From positions 517,864-581,863 of the forward strand of contig CAVOSV010000003.1 of the NCBI GenBank assembly GCA_963698975.1: a stretch of DNA of 64,000 bases. The letters run 5' to 3'. A program made the translations under genes and the position numbers. This stretch comes from an uncultured Gemmatimonadales bacterium (GTDB lineage: Bacteria; Gemmatimonadota; Gemmatimonadetes; Gemmatimonadales; GWC2-71-9). Shown piece after piece: positions 35,145 to 44,208 of the stretch. Positions within the stretch are counted from its first letter, which is position 1. Each line of letters opens with the position of its first letter. The notes under the pieces were generated by a model, which made no database searches, was not told the DNA's origin, and was given only the letters and a program-made list of their open reading frames with translations.

Positions 35145-36288
35145 TTACCACCCTACGGTGTACTGCGCGCCCAGTGTGTAGTCTACCTGATCGGCATGCA
35201 GTTCGCCGCCGGGATAGGCGGCAGACCAGGTGCCCCGCCGGTTCACCATTCTGAGCCGGAGCGCAAGATTGGACACGACTTCCCAGGCGAGGGTCAACCG
35301 CTCGAGTTGTTCCGTGCCCCGCGGGGCCAGCGATTGGTCGCCAAAGGCCACCATGCGATCCAGTGTGACCGTGAGAGGAATCCGGACGTCGGTGAGCCCT
35401 CCGTTGAAGGAAAGGAAGTTGGTCAGCTCCTGCATGACGCCTCTGCCGTTGCCGTAAACACCGATCTGCGTACTGACGGTCAGGCCCTTGAGCATGATGG
35501 CGGGGCCAATGCTCGCCCTATAGGCGGTCCCGCTGCTCAGGGCGGCGTTTCCGGCAGTGGGCTGCCAGTCGGCATGGATGCTGCCGAGATGCACCGCCAG
35601 CCCGTATCCCATGCCTCCGGAGCTCCGCTTGATCTCCCGGGAGAGGTCGAGCGAGGCCGACCGGGCCCCCGATGCGAACGAGCCCTCCAGGCGAGCACTC
35701 AAACCCGCCATGGCCAGCTCCGCCTGCAGATTGACCTGCGGAGGCGCTCTGGGCGCCCCGCTGAGTCGGGCTTTGGTTGGAGATCCGGACCGCTCGCCGG
35801 CTGAAGTTCGTGCTCCAGCCGCCGGTGACAGCGACCGAGCGCCGGTTTCGTTCCGGCAGCGCGATCGAGAGCTCGTGGTAATAGGATTGGCAGGAGTGCC
35901 GGCGGCAGACCTCAACCTTGAGTGGCTTCTTCACGACATTGAAGAGTCGGCCCTCATGGCGCGTGGCATACCGCATCACCGGCACGCTGTCGCCGAAGTC
36001 CGGCTGCAGCGAGGCCTGGAGCATTGAGCCGCCGGACGAGTACCGGTCCAGCCCGTTGGCGGAGCTGACCACGATACTGTCGGCCGACGGACTGGTAACA
36101 CTCAGCTGGATCGGCGCATCCGCTCGGCTCACCGCAGGATTCAGGTGCAGCCGGACGGGAGCGGGCCCATCCGCGAGATCGATGGTGGTTGCTGGCGGGG
36201 GGCTACAGGCCCGGAGTGCCAGCGAGCCCGACTGCGGCCCGAGCCACAGCAACGTCCACCGGAGCGTCCTGCAGAGTGCTGCTGGCAA
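35145..36288 (-). pseudogene. lipoprotein/beta-barrel gene with an apparent 1-nt frame break (or assembly error)
   Basis: ORF 35518..36288 has a lipoprotein signal (LALRAC) and plausible sequence to ...VAVTGGWSTNFS, then junk. ORF 35145..35915 is junk first, then plausible beta-barrel sequence from ...PQVNLQAELAMAGLSARLEG to the C-terminal YTVGW. Total length 1144 nt = 3n+1. Confidence 0.55.
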
Positions 36289-36883
36289 AGACCTTCTCTT
36301 TCTTCATCTGGCTGACGGTGGCGTCGACGATGTCATTGACCAGCGTCCGCACCGATTCCGGATTGTAGGTCTTGGTGTGGCTGGCCCAGACCAGTTTCCC
36401 CTGGGTCAGGGAATAGACGTTCGCCTCCACACTCACCACCTGATCCTGCTGGACGTAACCGGGAGAGTAGGCGTAACCCCATCCGGTGCCCCAGTAACCC
36501 CACATCGAGCCATACGCCGACGGTACCACATAGGAACTACCCGGGACGTAGGTGGTCTCCTTGTCGACCGCTACCGGACGCATCACCACAGCCCCGTCGA
36601 AGTTTTGGGCAACGACCAGAGCCTTGGCCCTTTCCTGGTCCCGCAGCGCCTCATCCGGAATAACCGTGTAGGCCGCTACCCCATTCCCCAGTTTCTTGGC
36701 CAGCTCGTCCTCCGCCGCGCGGCGAATACCCACGTCCTTGCTGATGAAAACGGCAAGGACCTTCTTGAACTTTTGCGGCTGCATCGTCGGCTCTTTCCAG
36801 GAGTTCACCACCTCGGTGTTCGGCGCGCAGGCGCCGAGCAGGAGGCTGAGCGCGAGAGCAGAGTGACTTCGGGTGATTCGCAT
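36203..36883 (-). CDS. lipoprotein, hypothetical
   Basis: Lipobox LLLGAC. Aromatic/Gly-rich segment SMWGYWGTGWGYAYSPGY. Confidence 0.65.
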   Translation of the reverse strand: MRITRSHSALALSLLLGACAPNTEVVNSWKEPTMQPQKFKKVLAVFISKDVGIRRAAEDELAKKLGNGVAAYTVIPDEALRDQERAKALVVAQNFDGAVVMRPVAVDKETTYVPGSSYVVPSAYGSMWGYWGTGWGYAYSPGYVQQDQVVSVEANVYSLTQGKLVWASHTKTYNPESVRTLVNDIVDATVSQMKKEKVFASSTLQDAPVDVAVARAAVGLAGTPGL

Positions 36884-36959
36884 ACTCTCTCCTGGTGATT
36901 GAGATCGAGACGCTAAGGAGTAGTCCGGTACCTCACGCTAGAGTCCGGCGCCACTAGAG

Positions 36960-36979
36960 GAAACTGTTAGTTCTTACAG
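36960..36979 (-). promoter_or_regulatory. 20-nt motif copy 6 (CTGTAAGAACTAACAGTTTC)
   Basis: 76 nt upstream of the start at 36883. Confidence 0.7.
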
Positions 36980-37003
36980 GAGTCCTCGGCCATTCTCCGG
37001 CCA

Positions 37004-37023
37004 CTGGTAGAACTGACAGTTTC
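37004..37023 (+). promoter_or_regulatory. 20-nt motif copy 7 (CTGGTAGAACTGACAGTTTC)
   Basis: 55 nt upstream of the ATG at 37079. Inverted partner of copy 6, 24 nt away. Confidence 0.7.
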
Positions 37024-37078
37024 GGGCGGCCCCAGCGCCTCCGCATAGTGGTTCACATCTGCCACCCAAGGAGGCCGC

Positions 37079-37585
37079 ATGAGGATGGCCCACCCAGCCT
37101 GGCTCGGTGCACTCGCTCTCAGCTGTCTGCTTACGGCACGGGCGGCTCAGGCCCAGGCAGGCCAGCCCACCAATGGCCTAGACGAGATCGAGCTCACCCG
37201 GGCCAACATCCAGGAGCGGCGGCAGGAGATCGTTCAGCAGATCATGGAGCTCTCGCCGGCCGAGAGCGAGAAGTTCTGGCCGGTGTACCGGGATTACCGC
37301 AATGAGATCGCCCGGGTGAGCGACCAGCGGGTGGAGCTGATCCGGAAGTTTGCGAACCAGGCCGCAACCATGTCCGACGAGCAGTCGGAGAAGCTGCTCC
37401 ATCAGTGGTTCAGCCTGCGGGAGCAACAGATCGGAGTGCAGAAGAAGTACGCGGGGAAGTTCCGTAAGGTACTGCCCGGCGCCAAGGTCGTCCGCTTCTA
37501 TCAGACCGAGAACCTGCTGGACACGGTGATCAGCGCCAATCTCCAGGCGTCGATACCGATGGCGGGGGACAGTGCCACACACTGA
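37079..37585 (+). CDS. secreted 168-aa helical protein, paralog B
   Basis: Signal peptide MRMAHPAWLGALALSCLLTARAAQAQA. Paralog of 21734..22240. Confidence 0.7.
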   Translation: MRMAHPAWLGALALSCLLTARAAQAQAGQPTNGLDEIELTRANIQERRQEIVQQIMELSPAESEKFWPVYRDYRNEIARVSDQRVELIRKFANQAATMSDEQSEKLLHQWFSLREQQIGVQKKYAGKFRKVLPGAKVVRFYQTENLLDTVISANLQASIPMAGDSATH

Positions 37586-38565
37586 GGCGGAGCGTCAGGG
37601 CTCGGCCGCGCCGCCCCATCCCGGAATGGTGTGGGTTCCCGGCGGCACCTTTGCCATGGGCTCGGAGAAGCACTATCCGGAAGAGCGACCGGTACATCAG
37701 GTGACGGTGGACGGCTTCTGGCTCGACCAGTACCCGGTCACCAACGAACGCTTTGCCCAGTTCGTGGCCGAAACCGGGCATGTCACCTTTGCGGAGATCC
37801 CCCCCGATCCGGCCGACTACCCTGGTGCCCTGCCGCACATGCTGTATGCCGGCAGCCTGGTGTTCTTCAAGCCGGATGGTCCGGTCATCACCCGGGAGAT
37901 GGCAAATTGGTGGCGGTTCGAGCGGGGCGCCGATTGGCGGCACCCGTACGGACCTGACAGCTCCATCGACGGCCTCGAGCGGCACCCGGTGGTTCACGTG
38001 GCCTTCAGCGACGCGGAGGCATTCGCGCGATGGGCAGGCAAGAGCCTCCCGTCCGAGGCCGAGTGGGAGTTTGCCGCTCGGGGTGGCCTGGCGGCCATGC
38101 CGTATGCCTGGGGGCACGAGTTCATCCCCGGTAATCGATTCATGGCCAACACCTGGCAGGGTGAGTTTCCCTGGCAGAACCTGGCGGAAGATGGCTACGA
38201 GCGCACCTCGCCGGTGGACGCCTTTCCCGCTAACGGCTACGGCCTGCACGACATGATCGGCAACGTGTGGGAGTGGACCACCGACTGGTACGTACCCCGT
38301 CATCCGGGCGATGCTGCTAAAGCGTGCTGCGTCCCGGTCAATCCGCGTGGCGCGCCGGAGAGTTGAGAGCTACGACCCGGCGCAGCCGGAGATCCGCATT
38401 CCCCGCAAGGTCCTGAAGGGTGGATCGCATCTCTGTGCGCCCAACTATTGCCGCCGTTATCGGCCCGCTGCCCGATTTCCCGAGCCGATCGATACCTCGA
38501 CCTGCCACGTCGGCTTCCGCTGCATCGTCCGGGCGGGAATCGATGTCACACCGGGGCTGGCCTAA
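37572..38565 (+). pseudogene. formylglycine-generating enzyme (FGE/SUMF1 family) with an apparent +1 frame break near 38363
   Basis: ORF 37572..38366 carries MVWVPGGTFAMGS...YPVTNERF...RGGLAAMPYAWG...GNVWEWT. The C-terminal FGE signature [40 protein letters not shown] is in the +1 frame (ORF 38311..38565). Removing one T of TT 38363-38364 joins them. Confidence 0.7.
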
Positions 38566-40052
38566 TGCGACGCTCCCTCTTTTTGGTTGCGCTCTGGGCG
38601 GTCTCGCCCGCGGCGATCGGTCAGGCGCAGGAGAAAGCATCGGTGACCCTCACCACCGAGCGCCAGGCGGTTACCAAAGGCGCGGCGCTCACCCAGAGCC
38701 GCGCCCTCAGCCAGAGCTTGGCCACTCCGCTCGGCCAACATATCGCCTGTCCCGACTGCAATCCTCCGAAGCGGTTCTGGGCCGGGGCCTGGGAGCTGAT
38801 GGCCGTGCAGTTCGTCCCCTGGGCCTACACCAAGTGGGTAACCGAGGGTGAGTGGTCGAACATCTCGCTCCGCACCTGGGAGGACAACATCAAGTTTCCC
38901 TGGCAGTGGGACAACAACAAGTTCAACAACAACCAGTTCGCCCATCCCTATCACGGCAGCCTCTACTTCAACGCTGGCCGAGCCAACGGTTACAACTTCT
39001 GGCAGTCTGCGCCCTGGGCCTTTGGTGGGAGTCTGATGTGGGAGCTCTTCGGCGAGGTCTGGGCTCCTTCCCCCAACGATCTGGCCAACACCACCCTGGG
39101 CGGAATTACTCTGGGCGAAATGCTGTTCCGGTTTTCCTCGCTCACGCTGAAGAACGAGGCGACCGGCTCCAACCGGATCGTACGCGAGGTGGGCGCGGGC
39201 TTGATCAACCCCATCCGGGGCTTCAATCGGTTGATCCGGGGCGAAGCCGGCCGGATCTCGGAGACCCCGCCCGATTGGCGTCCCACCCGGATTCAGGCAT
39301 CCATGGACGTGGGCTATCGCCGGTTCTCCACCTCGGCATCGCTGGATGACCCGGGCGCACTCGACCAATCGTTCGTTCAGTTCTCCGTGTTCTACGGCGA
39401 TCAGCTGGGTGATCTGGGAAAGGAGCCGTTCTCCGCCTTTCAGGTCTACGGCACCCTGGCGAGTCACTCCAGCAATCAAAAGCCGCTCCAGGAGCTCCGG
39501 GTCCGGGGCAACCTCGCCGCCAAGCCGGTGGGCTCCGGCGGAAACAAGCTGCTGGCCGGCTTCATGACCTACGAATACCTCCAAAATCCAGTGGTGGACT
39601 TTGGTGCGCAGGGCTTCCAGGGCGGGCTTCTGGTCTCCAGCTCGAAGCCTGGCAAGTCCATGCGGCTGTACGGCGAGGCCATGGCCCGGGTGAACCCGAT
39701 CGCGGCCATCCGGTCGGACTACTTCGTCACCGCCGAGGGGCGGGACTACGACTACGGAATCGGATTGGGTGGGCGGGTCGAGGGACGAGCCCTGTGGCCG
39801 GGGAAGGCCACTGTCCGCCTCTCTGGTGGTTACATATGGCTGCCGGTAATCAGTGGCTTCCCCGGAGACCACCAGCTCTGGACCCTGAGCACCGAGGCAC
39901 GGGGCTACTACCGTGGCAAGTATGGAGCTGGAGTGATGTACCAGCGGCTGTGGAAGAACAGCAATTACACCTTCAACCCCGATGTGAACCAGGACATGTC
40001 AGAGGTTCGGGTCTTCCTCTCCCTGGCCATCCCGAGATGGGAGGAACAATGA
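38565..40052 (+). CDS. DUF3943-like secreted protein
   Basis: Start MRRSLFLVALWAVSPAAIGQAQE (TAATG overlap with the FGE stop). FAHPYHGSLYFNAGRANGYNFWQSAPWAFGGSLMWELFGEVWAPSPNDLANTTLGGITLGE resembles DUF3943 as I recall it. Confidence 0.55.
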   Translation: MRRSLFLVALWAVSPAAIGQAQEKASVTLTTERQAVTKGAALTQSRALSQSLATPLGQHIACPDCNPPKRFWAGAWELMAVQFVPWAYTKWVTEGEWSNISLRTWEDNIKFPWQWDNNKFNNNQFAHPYHGSLYFNAGRANGYNFWQSAPWAFGGSLMWELFGEVWAPSPNDLANTTLGGITLGEMLFRFSSLTLKNEATGSNRIVREVGAGLINPIRGFNRLIRGEAGRISETPPDWRPTRIQASMDVGYRRFSTSASLDDPGALDQSFVQFSVFYGDQLGDLGKEPFSAFQVYGTLASHSSNQKPLQELRVRGNLAAKPVGSGGNKLLAGFMTYEYLQNPVVDFGAQGFQGGLLVSSSKPGKSMRLYGEAMARVNPIAAIRSDYFVTAEGRDYDYGIGLGGRVEGRALWPGKATVRLSGGYIWLPVISGFPGDHQLWTLSTEARGYYRGKYGAGVMYQRLWKNSNYTFNPDVNQDMSEVRVFLSLAIPRWEEQ

Positions 40053-40489
40053 GCGGCCGCCGATTCCGCGGGCTGGCTGTGGGTGGTATGGCGCTGGTCC
40101 TGGGCTGCAGCCAGGACTCGATCGTACGGGTGCTCGGTCCGGAGAACGATCCTCAGACCGTAATAACCCCCGCAGAGTTCCGGTTTTCCGCCACGGATCT
40201 GAGAAACGTGAACGATCGGGAAAGCTGGACCTGGACCAACTCCGCGCCGCAGGCGTCGCTGCATCACGACAGCTTCCTGCATCATGGCTACGGCATCCTG
40301 GTCGTGCTGGACGGGGTGGGTCAGGTGGTGGACTCGACCTTGCTCGAACTCAATCTGGACACGGAAACCCGAGTGGGAGCTCCCGGTAACTGGACGCTCA
40401 TCCTGGTCCTTGCCTCCGCGCGCGGCCGCGCCGACTTCACCCTGACTCCGAAGAGCCCGGAGGCGCTCGCCGGGACATCGCGGGAGTGA
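40049..40489 (+). CDS. small lipoprotein, hypothetical
   Basis: MSGRRFRGLAVGGMALVLGCSQD (lipobox). ATGA overlap with the upstream stop. Confidence 0.6.
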   Translation: MSGRRFRGLAVGGMALVLGCSQDSIVRVLGPENDPQTVITPAEFRFSATDLRNVNDRESWTWTNSAPQASLHHDSFLHHGYGILVVLDGVGQVVDSTLLELNLDTETRVGAPGNWTLILVLASARGRADFTLTPKSPEALAGTSRE

Positions 40490-40490
40490 C

Positions 40491-41363
40491 ATGAGCATCG
40501 CAACCCTGCTCCCGCTCCTGCTCAAGACCAGCCTCGCGCTGCTGGTCTTCTCCCTGGGTCTCAGCGCCACCCTGCAGGACACCACATATCTGTTCCGCCG
40601 GCCCGGTCAGCTGGCCCGGGCGCTCGGGGCGATGTTCGTGGTCCTGCCGGTCACAGCATTGATTCTGGCTCGCGCACTCGAGCCGCCGGCGGCGGTGAAA
40701 ATCGCGCTGGTGGCTCTCGCGCTCTCGCCCCTGCCTCCGACGTTCCCCCGGAAGGCCCTCAAGCAAGGCGGCAGGGTCTCCTACGTGGCGGGGCTCCTGG
40801 TTGCCGCGACCCTCGTTGCGGTGCCGCTCATCCCCCTGTCGCTCGAGCTGATCGAACGGCAGAGAAACCTGCCCCTGCAGATGCGGCCCGCCGCGGTGCT
40901 GGCGCTGGTCTTCTGGTCGCTCCTGCTGCCGCTGTTGGCCGGGATCGTGGTTCGGAGGGCCTCTCCGGCGCTCGCCCAAAGAGCCGCTGGCCCGATCACC
41001 ACCATCGCGTTTGCGGTGCTTGTGCTGGGAGTGATCCCGATTCTGGTGCGGGTATGGCCGGCAATGGTCAGCCTGGTAGGAAACGGGACGCTGCTGGCGA
41101 TGGTCCTGCTCGTTGTGGTGGGTCTCGCCGCGGGGCACCTCCTGGGCGGACCCGATCCGGAGGACCGAACGGTCCTGGCGCTCTCCACCGCCACCCGTCA
41201 CCCCGCCATCGCCATTGCGATTGCGCAGGCCAACTTCCCGGACCAGAAACTGGCCCCCGCTGCCATCCTGCTGTATGTGCTGGTGAGTGTGGTTGTTGCA
41301 CTGCCCTATCTGAAATGGGCCAAACGCCACCACGTCGCTGCTCCGCTTCCGGCTAGCTCCTGA
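40491..41363 (+). CDS. bile acid:sodium symporter (BASS/SBF-like) family transporter
   Basis: 290 aa with about 8-9 TM helices. N-terminal LKTSLALLVFSLGLSATLQD and general resemblance to the family. Assignment is moderate. Confidence 0.5.
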   Translation: MSIATLLPLLLKTSLALLVFSLGLSATLQDTTYLFRRPGQLARALGAMFVVLPVTALILARALEPPAAVKIALVALALSPLPPTFPRKALKQGGRVSYVAGLLVAATLVAVPLIPLSLELIERQRNLPLQMRPAAVLALVFWSLLLPLLAGIVVRRASPALAQRAAGPITTIAFAVLVLGVIPILVRVWPAMVSLVGNGTLLAMVLLVVVGLAAGHLLGGPDPEDRTVLALSTATRHPAIAIAIAQANFPDQKLAPAAILLYVLVSVVVALPYLKWAKRHHVAAPLPASS

Positions 41364-44124
41364 CCACCGGACCAGAGCTCCCACCCGAATTGCCGTCGCT
41401 GGCCGAAGATCCCGAGTTCGGCACCGGAGCCGGGAACCATTGCCCCCTCGGCACTACCTTGGGTTGTTCGGGATCGCCCTCATAAGCCGGGACCATGATC
41501 TGCACGCCGTACTCGTTGAACAAGTCCAGAATATTCGAATGTAGCGCGCTGTAGAGCCTCATCATTGCGTGGGGAGTGTCGGTATAAGCATTGATCTCAT
41601 ACAGCACGCCGAACTCGCCCAGCGCTTTCTGCAGCACGAACGGCTCGGGCTGCCGAAGAAGTCCCGGCGTGCGCGCGGCGGCCTCGAGCAGCATCGCTTC
41701 CACTTGGCGCCACGGCGCCCCGTATCCAATCCTTACCGTCGTGTGCAGGATCAGGCCCGGGTCTGGCGCCAGGGTGCTGTAATTCACCACCTCACTGTTC
41801 AACAGCAGCGAGTTGGGGATGACGATCTGCTCGTTCTTGGGAGAACGCAAATAGGTGGTCAGTAAACGGACCTGAGTTACCGCTCCGACGTGCTCGCCCA
41901 CCTTCACCCGATCTCCCACCCTGAAGGCACGGCGGAAGGCCAGGGTCTGCCCCGCCACCAGATTGCTGATCACCGAGGGTGACCCCAGAGAGAAGATGAG
42001 ACCGAGCAGGAGCGTGATGCCCTTGAACGCCTCGGATCCGGAACCGGGGATGTAGGGGTACGCGATCACCAGCGCAAAGGCGACCGTGAGAAGCCGGACA
42101 ATCCAGTCGGTGGGCAGGGCCCAATCGGAATCGAAGCCGGGAATCGAAATCGATCCCTCGCCCACCCGTTGGAAGAACAGTCGGATCGCCCGCAGAAGGT
42201 AGCGGGTAAGCACCACCAGGATGATCAGGAAAAACAGGTTGGGCAAATAGCTCACCGCGCCCGTCCCAAATATGACCAGCGGTCCCAGCAGCCACTCCTT
42301 GAGTCTGGTGCCGACTCCCCGAGTCCAGGGGAAGAGACGGAGCACGTAAGACACAACGGCGTAGCTGGCCAGCACCGTCAGCAGAGCGGCGGTGACACCG
42401 ATTATCCAGTGCAGGCCCTGCCAGAGTTGTTCTCGGCGGACAATGGGAATCGCCCGGAAGTGCAGGTCAGCTATACCCGGCTGCCACCGGCGGTCGAGAG
42501 TCCTTCGCAGCCAGCGAAAGGTCTGGCGTCCGAGCCAGAGCACCAGCAGCAGTGCGAGGAGGGCTGCTGCGGCTCGGGCGATGTTCCTCCCCAGAACGGT
42601 TGGCTCGCGATCGTGCCTGAACGTCTGCACCGCCTCCCGCACCCGAGTCAGGTAGGTCTGCGCCAGAACATGGGGTGTGACACCCTCGAGCTCGGCATCG
42701 GCCTGAAGCACGCCGAACAGCCTGTGGTTGCCGGCTACCACCATGCTCCCATCACGAGTTTCCTGAATCGCGAGTGACTCCGCCGGGAGCGAGCGATCGC
42801 CGGCGAACTCTGCGATCCGGTGGGAGATGTCGGCGGCGCGCCGCTCAGCCGGATAGGAGCTGACTCCCCGAACGGAGAAGAGCACCGCGCCGTCGAGCAC
42901 CACCGGCGCGGTAGGCGCCTCAGCTGTGACGATGGCTCCCGTGGAATCCTGGGCCTCGGCGCGGGCGCTCACGCCGGCGGCGGCCAGGCCGGTTATAACC
43001 ATCACGGCAACATCATGCCGCCGCGTTCGGACCAGCCATAACGCCCCCAGCGCGATCACCGCCACCAGCGCGGTGAAAGCGAGGAAGGCGCGCAGCAGCA
43101 AGCGGCCGAGCACCAGTCCGGCGTGGTCGATGGAGCGCTGGGCGATGCTGTCGATCGAAGCAACCGCGGCTCGCCGTTCCGCATCCACCGCCTCGAGCAC
43201 CGCCTCCCGTTCCGTTCGGATGGCGTCGACCAGCGCGACCCGCTCCGCCGTAATCCCTCCCATCACTGCGGACCGCTCCCCGGCAAGTCCGGCGAAGATG
43301 GCATTGCGCTGGGCATCGACGCCCAGCGATAGCTGGCGCCCCTGATCGGCGATGTCCCGCAGCATCGCCGTGCGCGCCTGCTTCAGAAGCGGCGGAATCA
43401 GCTCTCCTGCGGCCAGTTGGGTTTGCCACTGAACGCGCTTCAGCATCCCTTCGTTGATATAGCCCAGCCGGCTGTTTATTCCGAGGAGGCTTCGCTCCAC
43501 GCTGGCGACGGTGCCGCTCAGATTCGTCTCCATGATTGACAAGGCCTTCCAATCACTGGAGAGGACCGACTGACGAACCAGGTCGCTGCCGCGAATCGGG
43601 TGCCGGTCCGCCCAGCCTTGAACCGACTGCACGACCTGGGCGAGCGTGTCTCCGCCGCTGCCAATCATTCGGCCGGCGACCAAACCCACCAGGCTCTGGA
43701 GTGTATCCGAGGCGGCGAGGGCAATCGGCTGGAGGTTGCCGAACGCTTCGCGCCCGTCACCCCGCCTCAGGTAGTGGGAGAGCTGCATCGTGAGCGCCCA
43801 GAGATCGACGGTGGCGACAACCGGATCGGATCGAAGTGACGCCTCTTCGATCAGCGGCGTCGCCGCGATCTTCCAGCGCAGAGCCCGGCGGCGAACGGTG
43901 GAGTCGGGACTGTGGGCTGCGATGGTGTCCGCTGCGGATTCAACGATGTAGGAAGATTCCCGCCCAGCCTCGTAGATCCGTAGCTGCAGCTCGCCCGCGG
44001 TGACCTCGGATGCATCCATCGCGGCCAGCGAGGCGGATGGCGGCGGGGCCTTGAGGCAGGCGCCCGCCACCAACGGCAGGAAAGCCGCTGCGGCATATTG
44101 GGAGAAGAAGGCCGGCAGGTGCAT
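41353..44124 (-). CDS. large mechanosensitive channel family protein (MscS domain at the C-terminus)
   Basis: C-terminal MscS core FRVGDRVKVGEHVGAVTQVRLLTTYLRSPKNEQIVIPNSLLLNSEVVNYS. About 350-aa N-terminal periplasmic-looking region behind a lipoprotein-like signal (LVAGAC). Confidence 0.8.
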   Translation of the reverse strand: MHLPAFFSQYAAAAFLPLVAGACLKAPPPSASLAAMDASEVTAGELQLRIYEAGRESSYIVESAADTIAAHSPDSTVRRRALRWKIAATPLIEEASLRSDPVVATVDLWALTMQLSHYLRRGDGREAFGNLQPIALAASDTLQSLVGLVAGRMIGSGGDTLAQVVQSVQGWADRHPIRGSDLVRQSVLSSDWKALSIMETNLSGTVASVERSLLGINSRLGYINEGMLKRVQWQTQLAAGELIPPLLKQARTAMLRDIADQGRQLSLGVDAQRNAIFAGLAGERSAVMGGITAERVALVDAIRTEREAVLEAVDAERRAAVASIDSIAQRSIDHAGLVLGRLLLRAFLAFTALVAVIALGALWLVRTRRHDVAVMVITGLAAAGVSARAEAQDSTGAIVTAEAPTAPVVLDGAVLFSVRGVSSYPAERRAADISHRIAEFAGDRSLPAESLAIQETRDGSMVVAGNHRLFGVLQADAELEGVTPHVLAQTYLTRVREAVQTFRHDREPTVLGRNIARAAAALLALLLVLWLGRQTFRWLRRTLDRRWQPGIADLHFRAIPIVRREQLWQGLHWIIGVTAALLTVLASYAVVSYVLRLFPWTRGVGTRLKEWLLGPLVIFGTGAVSYLPNLFFLIILVVLTRYLLRAIRLFFQRVGEGSISIPGFDSDWALPTDWIVRLLTVAFALVIAYPYIPGSGSEAFKGITLLLGLIFSLGSPSVISNLVAGQTLAFRRAFRVGDRVKVGEHVGAVTQVRLLTTYLRSPKNEQIVIPNSLLLNSEVVNYSTLAPDPGLILHTTVRIGYGAPWRQVEAMLLEAAARTPGLLRQPEPFVLQKALGEFGVLYEINAYTDTPHAMMRLYSALHSNILDLFNEYGVQIMVPAYEGDPEQPKVVPRGQWFPAPVPNSGSSASDGNSGGSSGPVVRS

Positions 44125-44187
44125 GGGTCTCCGGCTGCAGCCTTGAATTGTGTTTCCGTCGGGATTTATGGAGCTGGAGGCGCTTCA

Positions 44188-44207
44188 GAAACTGGTATTT
44201 CTGACAG
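44188..44207 (-). promoter_or_regulatory. 20-nt motif copy 8 (CTGTCAGAAATACCAGTTTC)
   Basis: 63 nt upstream of the ATG at 44124. Abuts the stop codon (44209-44211) of the upstream gene. Confidence 0.6.
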
Positions 44208-44208
44208 T

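Noticed and set aside
34332-35804. Long antisense ORFs typical of GC-rich DNA, e.g. 34332..35804(+), 38562..39872(-), 27384..28535(-), 8221..9357(+), 11458..12453(+), 40437..41384(-), 6531..7487(-), 7503..8387(-), 44098..44949(+), 22758..23492(-), 28863..29651(-), 401..1264(+)
   Set aside because: Each lies opposite a gene with clear family motifs. Their translations are Arg/Gly/Pro/Ala-rich low-complexity sequence without motifs.
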